A stretch of 64,000 nucleotides of DNA from an uncultured Acidobacteriaceae bacterium (GTDB taxonomy: Bacteria > Acidobacteriota > Terriglobia > Terriglobales > Acidobacteriaceae). The translations under genes and the position numbers were made by a program. Below are positions 28,501 to 35,885 of the stretch, piece by piece. The notes beneath the pieces are model-generated. The model was given only the letters and a program-made list of their open reading frames with translations. It did not search any database and was not told the DNA's origin. Location of the stretch: positions 93,014 to 157,013 of the forward strand of contig CAVSFL010000009.1 of the NCBI GenBank assembly GCA_963727295.1, in the 5' to 3' direction. Numbering within the stretch: position 1 is the stretch's first letter; each line of letters opens with the position of its first letter.

Positions 28501-28592
28501 GCCGGCGGTTGAGCCTGCGTCTGCGCCGGTGAAGCGGCGAGAGCGCAGAAAACAACAAACATGCACAACGATGGCGTGATCGGCGTCCTCAA
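25551..28592 (-). CDS. bamA: Outer membrane protein assembly factor BamA (Omp85 family, multiple POTRA domains)
   Basis: 1013 aa. Signal peptide, POTRA-like repeats (ISNIDFRGV..., LVSVVVQGNKYF..., VNRVLITGLNHT...), a C-terminal 16-strand-type barrel, and a terminal ...YFSIGQTF. Confidence 0.9.
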   Translation of the reverse strand: MRTPITPSLCMFVVFCALAASPAQTQAQPPASTAPQTSESSPLAKYEGQTVSNIDFRGVTSADTAILRTLLVQKTGEPLDPEKLRASIKALYATGRFATLNVEADRNARGELTLIFNVTENYFNGAISADGTPQKTDPKPNQLIASSQIDLGDVFSEDKVVSSIDRMKKIFADNGYYEATITYTLDPNPKDSQMAIHFHATPGPLALVGDVTIRGDAGIAPEQVRSLTKLKAGAKVSSPRVTRALERMRKHYQKNAHLEAQVSLVGRQYHPETNRLDYVFEVDQGPTVSITTEGQGISKSQLQKLVPVYQENSVDDDLLNEGRRNLRDYLQTRGYFDATVDVERHPIEEQNHLNIVYVIDPGIRHKLVSVVVQGNKYFNTATIRERMQIEPSTVLLPNGRFSQRVLTDDVSAIKILYQANGFLNVQVNGDLVDNYQGKKNEMQVVIKVDEGPQTLVNALKVEGAATYTAAALEQNLSNVAGQPFSEANVVSDRDSLTYFYYDRGFPNVQFDSSTVPVPGNPPRMDVVYKITEGQRVFVNRVLITGLNHTRPYIVNRQMRIQDGDPLSQNRMVASQRRLYSLGLFNEVNMAVQNPEGQEPSKDVLFNLTEAKRWTFRYGGGIEFATGNIPTTNNPQGATGVSPNGVLEITRLNMFGRDQTFSIRGRIGLLTRRGLITYDAPRLFHRENWRIIVSGLYDNTADVNTFASERLEGAVQVEQRLNRYTTFLYGLTFQRVAIDPNSLIIDPTLIALYSSPVFIAMPTFTAVRDRRDDPINPTKGSYGALNLGIATSALGSQTNFGRILLDNSTYYTFARRWVFARRTQIGIEKPYGTNDFLDLSKLPPNSIPEEATQIPLPELFFAGGSNSLRSFSINQAGPRDQQTGYPIGGQGLFVNNLEIRTPPVMLPYVGNNLGFVFFHDMGNVFDTANHIISGMVTFNQPSIAECAPQGSKTLCNFSYNSQALGMGIRYKTPVGPVRFDLGYALNPTRYPVQELNQTYSLRRINVYFSIGQTF

Positions 28593-28782
28593 ACTCTGCC
28601 CTTCAGCACACCCACTGCCTGCCGGATGTCCTTTACGGCGATTCTGGCAGGTCGAGCCTGCGCACTAGCGTCCAATGCGTCGTGCAACCGCGGAAAACCG
28701 TTCCGTTGATTCGGCCTGGGAAGGCTTATCTGCTGTGGAATACCTATAATAAACGTTGCAGGGCTTTCACTGAATAAGGTAC

Positions 28783-29829
28783 GTGCCCGATCGGTTTACT
28801 GAGGTTAAGACGTTGGAATTCAAGGAACGCTACTCCCGCCAGGTTCTTTTCCAGCCCATTGGCGAGGAGGGACAGCAGAAATTAGCCAAAGCTCGTATCG
28901 CCGTGGTTGGTTGCGGCGCTACCGGCTCGGCTCTGCTCTCGCTGCTGGCGCGGGCAGGCGTCGGATATCTGCGCGTCATCGATCGTGACTACGTTGAGCC
29001 CAGCAATCTGCAGCGGCAGGTGCTCTTTGATGAAGCCGACGCCGCCGAATCGCTGCCCAAGGCGATCGCCGCAGCTCGTAAGGTCCAGTCCTTCAATTCG
29101 GAGATCACGGTTGAGCCGCACGCCGCCGATCTCACGCCGGACAACATCGAAGAACTGCTCAGCGATGTCGAGATCGTCCTCGACGGAACAGACAATTTCG
29201 AGACGCGATACCTGATCAATGATTTTGCCGTGAGCCGGAAGCTGCCCTGGATCTACTCTGCCGGCGTCGCCAGTTATGCGGTCACCATGACGATCCTGCC
29301 GGGCGAGACGGCTTGCCTGGCTTGCATCTTTCCGGACTCGCCGCGCGGCATTGTCGAGACCTGCGACACATCTGGCATTCTGAACTCAGCGGTAAACTTT
29401 GTGGCTTCGATCGCAGCGACTGAGGCGATCAAACTTGCTATCGGCGCACGCGACAAGATTCGCCGTACCCTGTTGTCGTATGACGTGTGGACGAACGACT
29501 ATGCCTCAGTCAACGCAGATAAGCCTCGTCCTGGCTGCCGCGCCTGCCAGGAGCAGGATTTCATTCATCTCGCCGGCGAGGGACGCCCTCATATTTCGCT
29601 GTGCGGGCGCAATTCGGTGCAGATTCACGAGCGTGAAAGGCCAATCGATTTCGCCGAGATCACACGGAGATTGTCGCCGCACGGCTCTGTTCGGCACAAC
29701 GAGTTCATTCTGAAGTTCTGGCGCGACCCGTATGAGATGACGCTGTTTCCCGACGGCCGCGCGATTATCAAAGGCACAACCGACACAGCCATCGCGCGAA
29801 GCCTATATGCGCGCTACGTGGGATCTTGA
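28783..29829 (+). CDS. ThiF/MoeB/HesA-family E1-like adenylyltransferase with ~90-aa C-terminal extension
   Basis: RYSRQ..., the nucleotide loop VVGCGATGS, two CxxC pairs (CLAC, CRAC), and an extra C-terminal domain ISLCGRNSVQI...LFPDGRAIIKGTTD. Confidence 0.8.
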   Translation: MPDRFTEVKTLEFKERYSRQVLFQPIGEEGQQKLAKARIAVVGCGATGSALLSLLARAGVGYLRVIDRDYVEPSNLQRQVLFDEADAAESLPKAIAAARKVQSFNSEITVEPHAADLTPDNIEELLSDVEIVLDGTDNFETRYLINDFAVSRKLPWIYSAGVASYAVTMTILPGETACLACIFPDSPRGIVETCDTSGILNSAVNFVASIAATEAIKLAIGARDKIRRTLLSYDVWTNDYASVNADKPRPGCRACQEQDFIHLAGEGRPHISLCGRNSVQIHERERPIDFAEITRRLSPHGSVRHNEFILKFWRDPYEMTLFPDGRAIIKGTTDTAIARSLYARYVGS

Positions 29830-30002
29830 AAGGAGTCCCTAGTGGACTCCGAACCGGCGCAAAAGGTCATATTTTTCCTGTCAGGCAAGTGCTACTTTTG
29901 AATACGAAACGTCAAACCAGCGGGAAGCTTTGTCGAAAACCCGCATCGGAGATCGTTGTCTAAGCCGCTACTATAGAGGCTGACCGCCGGGATGGCCACC
30001 AT

Positions 30003-31766
30003 ATGACACATCGTTCTCGCATGAAGTGGATGTTGCGCGGGCTGTTCACTGTCCTTGTTATTACTGGTTGTGCCGCCGCCCAGTCGGTCACCAATACCGA
30101 CCCTTGGACTGGTGGTTCGGCGTCAGGCGCAACCGGCATGCAGCCCATGTCGGCTCCGCCTCCCGACACCGGACACGGCGCCGATCAGGGTAAGCTGCTC
30201 CAGTTCAAGTCAGAGACTACGCTGATACAGGTTCCGGTCGTGGTCACCGATAAGTCGGGCAACCACATTCACGGACTGACCAAGGCTGACTTCACCATCC
30301 TGGAAAATGGCAAGACGCAGAAGATTTCCACGTTGGAAGAGATCATTCCGGCAGCCACCAGCAACACCACCATCTCCGGCAATCCCGGTGGCGTCTTCTC
30401 GAACATGACTCCCGACGAGAGCAAGCCGCGCTCGCTGACCGTCGTTTTGCTGGATGAGGTGAACACTCCGTTCCTCGATCAGTCTTATGGGCGTCAGCAG
30501 CTGATCAAATACCTGGCGAACCATCTCGACTCTTCGCAACCGACAGGATTGATGGCTCTCACCAATAAGGGATTGTCGGTGCTGAGCCCGCTCGATTCCG
30601 ATCCGGCAACGCTGATCACGATTCTGAAGAAGGCCTCGGGCAAGGTCTCCGAGATGGAAACCTTCAGCAACGACGCGAAAGCGGTCGCAGCCGGTCAAGC
30701 GCAGGCCAGCGCCCTTGGCGGAATTCACATGGGGGACTCGCCCGAGAATCGAATCCGCGCTTTTATGCTGGCCGCAGATTCGACGAATGCCACCAACATT
30801 CAGTCGCGCGCCATCGAAACTACGCTGCGGGGGTTACTGTCGATCGCTCTGTCGGTGACGGGAATACCAGGCCGGAAGTCGTTGGTCTGGGTCACGGGCA
30901 GCTTCCCGTTCGATCTTGACTCGTTCGGCTCCGTGCCCGGTGATGCCAATCTGCGAGCGCTGTACGAGCGAACGCTCAACGCCCTCAACGACGCGCAGGT
31001 CTCCATGTATCCCGTGGACGCGCGCGGCCTGCTGACTGATCCGACCTTTGCCGGCGACAGTATGCCCTCAATGCTCGGTCCCGGCGTTCCCGAGGGACTT
31101 CGCCAGTCCACCCTCACCAGCCTGAAGAATATTGCCGCGATGACAGGCGGCGTCGCCTACTACAACAGCAACGATCTGGCGGGTGCGTTTGGCCGCGCAG
31201 CGCAAGATTCGTCTTCCTACTACGCTCTCACCTACTACCAGGATCACCGTAACAGCAAACCCGGCTGGCGGAAGCTGCAGGTCGCGGTGGTCTCGCGCAA
31301 AGATGTCGACGTCCGCGCCCGCGCCGGATATCTGGTTACCGAGGTAGCCGTCAATCCCGAGCTGACGCACAAGGCTGATGTTGAGTTTGCGCTCATCTCT
31401 CCGTTTGAAAGCACGGGCATTCCTATCACGGAACAGTGGCAAGGGTTATTGGCCGACGGAAGCAAGCGGAAGATCGGATTTGTCTTGCATGTCCCCGCCG
31501 CGAACGTCGTCGATGAAGCCGACCGCAATCGCGTGGACGTCGAGTTCGTCGCTCAAGCCACAAACAACGGCGTGCCGGCCGGTACCGTGTCGCAGACGGT
31601 AAAGGGAATGATCGTGCCCGACACGTTGGCAAAGCTGAAGGCTGACGGAATCATCTACAACAACTTCCTCAGTCTCTCGCCCGGCGATTACCAGGTAAGG
31701 TTCGTCGTCCGTGACAACTTGAATGGGAAGATCGGCAGCGTAATCGTGCCGCTCACGGTGAATTGA
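30003..31766 (+). CDS. VWA-domain protein with N-terminal VWFA-related acidobacterial-type domain
   Basis: Signal peptide, then FKSETTLIQVPVVVTDKSGNHIHGLTKADFTILENGKTQKI (TIGR03436-like pattern recalled from memory). VWA-like core LVWVTGSFPFD. Confidence 0.75.
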   Translation: MTHRSRMKWMLRGLFTVLVITGCAAAQSVTNTDPWTGGSASGATGMQPMSAPPPDTGHGADQGKLLQFKSETTLIQVPVVVTDKSGNHIHGLTKADFTILENGKTQKISTLEEIIPAATSNTTISGNPGGVFSNMTPDESKPRSLTVVLLDEVNTPFLDQSYGRQQLIKYLANHLDSSQPTGLMALTNKGLSVLSPLDSDPATLITILKKASGKVSEMETFSNDAKAVAAGQAQASALGGIHMGDSPENRIRAFMLAADSTNATNIQSRAIETTLRGLLSIALSVTGIPGRKSLVWVTGSFPFDLDSFGSVPGDANLRALYERTLNALNDAQVSMYPVDARGLLTDPTFAGDSMPSMLGPGVPEGLRQSTLTSLKNIAAMTGGVAYYNSNDLAGAFGRAAQDSSSYYALTYYQDHRNSKPGWRKLQVAVVSRKDVDVRARAGYLVTEVAVNPELTHKADVEFALISPFESTGIPITEQWQGLLADGSKRKIGFVLHVPAANVVDEADRNRVDVEFVAQATNNGVPAGTVSQTVKGMIVPDTLAKLKADGIIYNNFLSLSPGDYQVRFVVRDNLNGKIGSVIVPLTVN

Positions 31767-31812
31767 TTCTCTGTGCGATAGACAAGCTGCTAATAAGGGC
31801 CTCGATGGAACC

Positions 31813-31880
31813 GGTAGAGCTGGCCTTCAGGCCAGCGTTCAGACACTTTGTTTCATTCCCTGAGCCGGCTTCAGCCGGCG
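31813..31880. repeat. REP-like modules between convergent genes
   Basis: GGTAGAGCTGGCCTTCAGGCCAGCG (31813-31837) and GAGCCGGCTTCAGCCGGC (31862-31879). Confidence 0.8.
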
Positions 31881-31888
31881 GCACAATA

Positions 31889-32839
31889 TCAATCAGCTTT
31901 GTTGCGCCGCCGGGGATCCGGAATCGCCTCCGGATTGGGATACTTCGCTCCACGCAGCCAAACCGAGAAAATCACGCCCCAAATAGCCAGCAAGGCCAGG
32001 GTGAAGATGCTGGCCTCCGGACCAAAACCACCGCCGGTCAGCAATAGGTTACCGTGAAAGCTGGCGTTGAACAGATGGCCGTTGGCCGGGTAACCGCTGT
32101 CTGGCACGCCGTAAAAGTAAACTTCGCACCAGGCCCATGCCGAGTGGATTCCCAGCGGCATCCAGAGATCGCCGGTTCGGCACAAAACTAAAACGGTCAC
32201 CAGGCAGTACATCGTCGCCGACACCGGTCCCAGCCCATGACCGCTGGGATTGAAGTAGTGCATTCCGCCCATGAACAACGATGTGACGATCGCCGCCGGC
32301 CAGAAACCGATCCCCGTCGTCAGCGTGAATAGCAGGTATCCGCGATAGAAGAAGTCCTCGAGTAATGCGCCCATGAATAGTAGAACAGCCCACGCGGCGG
32401 CGTACTTCCACACATCCCATCCGTGCAGTGCAGTGGCGCCGAATGAGAAGACGCCGGCAAGCCGCATCGCGGCGAGCAGAACAGTGAACGACGCGAAGCT
32501 GAAGGCCGCTCCTTGCCAGAACCGGCGTCCGAAGGCTCGCCGCCACGGCAACCCATAATCGGCGAAGGTGCGGCGTTCGATCCGTCCCATAATCCAGGTT
32601 GCGATCAGCAGGGGAAGGACAAGCAACTCCAGCGTAAAGACCTGGCCCAACGGGGTGGAGAAATCGGCATGCGTGCTGCGGATCAGAGAATCGACACTGC
32701 GACTCACACCGTAAGAGAGCGGCACGAGGATGGAGACAAAGATTAGAAGCCGCCACCCGGCGCGAATACCGTTAGGACCGCGCCAGATGTTGAACGGAAC
32801 CGAGGCAGCGGGGTAAAGAACTTCCGAAGGAGTGCTCAT
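31889..32839 (-). CDS. CPBP-family intramembrane glutamic endopeptidase (CAAX protease-like)
   Basis: Polytopic protein with LLEDFFYRGYL (the EExxxR-type motif, here ED) and GGMHYFN (His motif). Confidence 0.7.
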   Translation of the reverse strand: MSTPSEVLYPAASVPFNIWRGPNGIRAGWRLLIFVSILVPLSYGVSRSVDSLIRSTHADFSTPLGQVFTLELLVLPLLIATWIMGRIERRTFADYGLPWRRAFGRRFWQGAAFSFASFTVLLAAMRLAGVFSFGATALHGWDVWKYAAAWAVLLFMGALLEDFFYRGYLLFTLTTGIGFWPAAIVTSLFMGGMHYFNPSGHGLGPVSATMYCLVTVLVLCRTGDLWMPLGIHSAWAWCEVYFYGVPDSGYPANGHLFNASFHGNLLLTGGGFGPEASIFTLALLAIWGVIFSVWLRGAKYPNPEAIPDPRRRNKAD

Positions 32840-32963
32840 TGAAAATCAACGTCCGCAGACCGGCAAATTGACGACCGGAAGTTACGCTAACACCGACACC
32901 AACGGCAAGGTATGATCTTTTGCGCCAAATCTGGACGAGAGACAAAAATACCGGGACAAGATG

Positions 32964-33803
32964 CTACGCGATCTTCAGTGTCAGCGCCGGTAGCGGCAGG
33001 CCTTCGACCTCAACCGTCCAGACATCGCCTTTGGTAGCCAAATGGCCTGCAGTGAGCGTTCCGGAGCTTACAACTTCGCCCGCGCTAAGCGGCTCGTTAG
33101 GAAAGCGGCGCAGGATCGCCGTACCAAGTTCTGCCAGGCACGCAGCCGGGCTTCCGAGACAATTCTTGCCGGAGCCTTCTTCCACAAACTCTCCGTGCTT
33201 AGAGACGCGCACCTTGAATCGCGGAAGGTTCTCAAGAAGAGTGGGAAGGATCTCCGACGTTATCGACACTCTTTCGCCGACTACCAGCCCCACATGCAGC
33301 CCAAAGTACGCGACAAAATCGCTGGGCGTAAACTTCCAGTCGGGAAACGGGCAGTCGATGATTTCGAAACCGATCGCCAACCAGTCGCAGGATTGCAGCG
33401 CCGCGGCAGCATCGAGACCTTCGACGGTGATCGCCTTTTTCATACCGAACATAATTTCGGGCTCAACCTTGAGGGAGTGGGGGTGGGCGATGCTCTGCGA
33501 CGCCGTGTTGCCCTCGCTGTAATGCACGGTATCGTCATACATGTGTCCCCAGAGCAGTGTTTGAAGCTTGAACACCCGCCACACCGCTTTATTGGCATAT
33601 CCGACCTTGCGGCCGACAGCTCTAGCCCCGCCCGCTTCGCGTGATTGCTTCAGCATGGATTCCACCGCGTAGGCGGCGTCCAGATCGAAGCCGGGTCGGG
33701 CGGACGGCAGCGTGGCTATTCCCTGTCCAGTTTCATACGCCAACATCAGTTCGCGCGCTAACGCGTCAATCTGGCTTTGCTCCATAAGATCGTTCCCCTT
33801 CAT
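32964..33803 (-). CDS. 2-keto-4-pentenoate hydratase / FAH-fold hydratase-decarboxylase family protein
   Basis: Lies within ORF 32964-34055; the upstream codons read through a repeat element. The start is ATG 33803 or, perhaps better, ATG 33785, which is preceded by AAGGGG. Motifs: GRKVGYANKAVW and EPEIMFGM. Confidence 0.7.
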   Translation of the reverse strand: MKGNDLMEQSQIDALARELMLAYETGQGIATLPSARPGFDLDAAYAVESMLKQSREAGGARAVGRKVGYANKAVWRVFKLQTLLWGHMYDDTVHYSEGNTASQSIAHPHSLKVEPEIMFGMKKAITVEGLDAAAALQSCDWLAIGFEIIDCPFPDWKFTPSDFVAYFGLHVGLVVGERVSITSEILPTLLENLPRFKVRVSKHGEFVEEGSGKNCLGSPAACLAELGTAILRRFPNEPLSAGEVVSSGTLTAGHLATKGDVWTVEVEGLPLPALTLKIA

Positions 33804-33860
33804 TTGTAATCGCAACGATTGCGAGGTGATAGTTTGAACTTCACTCGAATGCCGCACATC

Positions 33861-34037
33861 GGGTGGAGCGCGCCTTGACAGGCTGCTGAAAAACTCATAG
33901 CGCGACCCGCGTGTCGTCGGCTGAAGCCGACTCAGAAAAGGAAAATAAACAGCTTGGACGCTGGCCTGAAGGCCAGCTCTACCCGAAAGCACGCGCCGGT
34001 CGACTTTTTCCGCAGCCTGTGAAGGCGTGCTCCACCC
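33861..34037. repeat. 177-bp MITE-like element with GGGTGGAGC(G/A)CGCC inverted termini, carrying copy B of the ~105-nt unit (33879-33984)
   Basis: 5' GGGTGGAGCGCGCC (33861-33874); 3' GGCGTGCTCCACCC (34024-34037). The interior is near-identical to 3579-3682. Confidence 0.85.
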
Positions 34038-34182
34038 ATGTAACCGGAATTTCAACCTGAGCCATTACCGACTTCCCCAGAGCGTGTTGGAACAGGGAGA
34101 TGGTAATTTACAATCATCAACCACACCAAATTGCTTGATCACGTTGGAATGTGATCGCATTCTTCGACTCTCGTATGGAGGA

Positions 34183-34674
34183 ATGATGCGTCGTTATTGT
34201 GTCCTGATGAGCGTAGTGGCGTTGATTGCAACTGCTTTTGCCCAGGTGCCGGCAGCACCGTCAAAGTCAGGCGAGAGCGCGCCGATTGGCAGCGTCTCGA
34301 CGGATCCGGCAGTTAAGACCATGTTTGAAGCGAAGGTCAAAGCTGAGTGGGAAGCGGTGAAGAACAAAGACAAGAAGGCCTACGGCGCTTTGCTGGCCGA
34401 CGACTACCAGGGCGTAGGGGTTGACGGTAGAGGCGAGCGCAACAAGATACAGAGCATCAATGACCTCGCCGACCAGAATCCCTTCAACTACACCTTGGAG
34501 CGAGTTAAAGTGCTGCCGTTGGGCGAGAATGCTGCGTTCGTCATCTATGACGTGACGATACTGTTTCCGCCCAAGGCACAGCTGCGCTTTTCACGTGTAT
34601 ATATTGGCGAGGTATGGGTAAAAAGATCGGGAGAATGGCAACTGCTGCACTACCAGGAAACTCACGTCAAGTGA
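34183..34674 (+). CDS. Secreted SnoaL-like / DUF4440-type (NTF2 fold) protein
   Basis: I moved the start to ATG 34183, which follows GGAGGA. Signal peptide MMRRYCVLMSVVALIATAFAQ. The C-terminus VWVKRSGEWQLLHYQETHV is typical of the NTF2-like fold. Confidence 0.6.
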   Translation: MMRRYCVLMSVVALIATAFAQVPAAPSKSGESAPIGSVSTDPAVKTMFEAKVKAEWEAVKNKDKKAYGALLADDYQGVGVDGRGERNKIQSINDLADQNPFNYTLERVKVLPLGENAAFVIYDVTILFPPKAQLRFSRVYIGEVWVKRSGEWQLLHYQETHVK

Positions 34675-34730
34675 GCCTTGGCTGAATTCTTAATTAGAAC
34701 CTGACGAAGACCGGTCTATCCCTGCCTCCG

Positions 34731-35096
34731 CTACTTGCTGACTTGATGCGTAGAGCAGCTCTTGTCCAGCGTCTTAATCGAGGTGACCCTGATCGTCAGA
34801 GGAGATGGAGCACCGCCAGTTGCTAAGGAATCCGAGCTGGTAGGCAGTGACGTCAGCTTGGCGCCGGTAACTTCCACCCTCTGCCCGAAATACTTATTGA
34901 CCTTGATCTTGTTGGTGCCCTGAAGCTCGTAGGTCATGCCTGGGTCCTGCTGGATCAAGACGTAATCACCTGCACGCCGATCGACGCAGCCCTGGACCGT
35001 GATCTGTCCTTTGGAATCTTTGGAATTATCCTGGCCTGCAGCGCCCGCCACTAAACAGCTGCTCGAAAGCAAGAGAACTAAGATCACCCTTCTCAT
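34731..35096 (-). CDS. Small secreted hypothetical protein
   Basis: ATG 35096 with an AAGGAAA upstream. Signal peptide MRRVILVLLLSSSCLVAGAAGQ. No recognisable family. Confidence 0.5.
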   Translation of the reverse strand: MRRVILVLLLSSSCLVAGAAGQDNSKDSKGQITVQGCVDRRAGDYVLIQQDPGMTYELQGTNKIKVNKYFGQRVEVTGAKLTSLPTSSDSLATGGAPSPLTIRVTSIKTLDKSCSTHQVSK

Positions 35097-35145
35097 TGGA
35101 TTTTCCTTTCGACAGTGGATTTCCAATTCACAACAGCGGTTGTAC

Positions 35146-35748
35146 TTAGCCGCAATCCGGCGGCATAGCCTGAATCTCCGATTCGGAGGTGCAGGGCTTC
35201 TTGTGCTTCACAGGCTCGAAGGCCGGCCCGCGGTCATATTTCAAAACCCAAAGGCCTTCGTTATTGGTGAGAAAAATCAATCCGTGATTGCCATCCGGCA
35301 GCACGCTGGTAACGCCGGTAAACTCCTCCAGGACCTGCGGCTTCTGCGGATTGCTGAGATCCAATATACGAATCGTCTGCGCAGGATGACTGGTGTTGGT
35401 GAGCGTGTTTGGTTTCTTCTCAGGAGCGGAAGCGATGCCGACATCCGGGCCGACCATCTCCAGATTGCCGGACATAGCCTGGCTTCCCTCAGCTTTGCTT
35501 TTCAAAAGCCTTGGCATATCCGCCTTGCTCACATCCACAATCATGAAACCTTGTTTGGTAGCCTGCTGCACATACAGGTAGCTCTTGCCTTCGTCCCTCT
35601 GCAGAAACATCTGGCTGCCGGTCGCCTGTGGAAGCGGCAGATGAGCAATCACTGTTGCCGGCACGTCCGTGGACTTTTTGGCGGAGTCCTCCGCGGCAGG
35701 ACAAGTCGCAGCCAGAATTACTGCGAATGTCAGAAGTCGCAACTCCAC
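35146..35748 (-). CDS. Secreted hypothetical protein with LVIVD-repeat-like segments
   Basis: Signal peptide MELRLLTFAVILAATCPAAE. FMIVDVSKADMPRLL and IRILDLSNPQKPQVL resemble LVIVD beta-propeller repeats. Confidence 0.5.
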   Translation of the reverse strand: MELRLLTFAVILAATCPAAEDSAKKSTDVPATVIAHLPLPQATGSQMFLQRDEGKSYLYVQQATKQGFMIVDVSKADMPRLLKSKAEGSQAMSGNLEMVGPDVGIASAPEKKPNTLTNTSHPAQTIRILDLSNPQKPQVLEEFTGVTSVLPDGNHGLIFLTNNEGLWVLKYDRGPAFEPVKHKKPCTSESEIQAMPPDCG

Positions 35749-35885
35749 TAACTCCGAATTTTCGCTTAGGGTTTGTCATCACCATACCAACTTCAGGTCT
35801 GACTATCGCGTGAACTATACCACAGGGTTTCCCTGCCAAGTTCGGCCGAAAACCCTGTGGGTTGCTGATGCATGGTTGCTATCGC

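Noticed and set aside
28745-28750. A perfect TATAAT lies 33 nt upstream of the ThiF-like GTG start and could be a promoter -10 element.
   Set aside because: No acceptable -35 (the best candidates are AGGCTT or GGCTTA) and no extended -10 TG sits at the right spacing. Acidobacterial promoter rules are not something I can verify here, so I did not report it as a feature.
29832-29850. A perfect hairpin GGAGTCC-ctagt-GGACTCC lies right after the ThiF-like stop and could be an intrinsic terminator.
   Set aside because: No U-tract follows (the next bases are GAACCGGCGC). It may be a structural or REP-type element, but I cannot support a terminator call.
31813-31837. The repeat modules look tRNA-like. 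GGTAGAGC matches the 3' D-arm consensus, and the hairpin can be drawn as a stem with loop CTTCAGG, that is, anticodon UCA. That is intriguing given the in-frame TGA nearby.
   Set aside because: The stem-loop is 5 bp plus a 5-nt loop, or only 4 bp plus 7 nt. There is no position-26 spacer, no matching 5' D-stem, no T-arm (GGTTCGA-type) and no acceptor stem in any copy. The heads fit the REP GTAG/GTGG rule better. I treat the tRNA resemblance as coincidence or, at most, remote ancestry.
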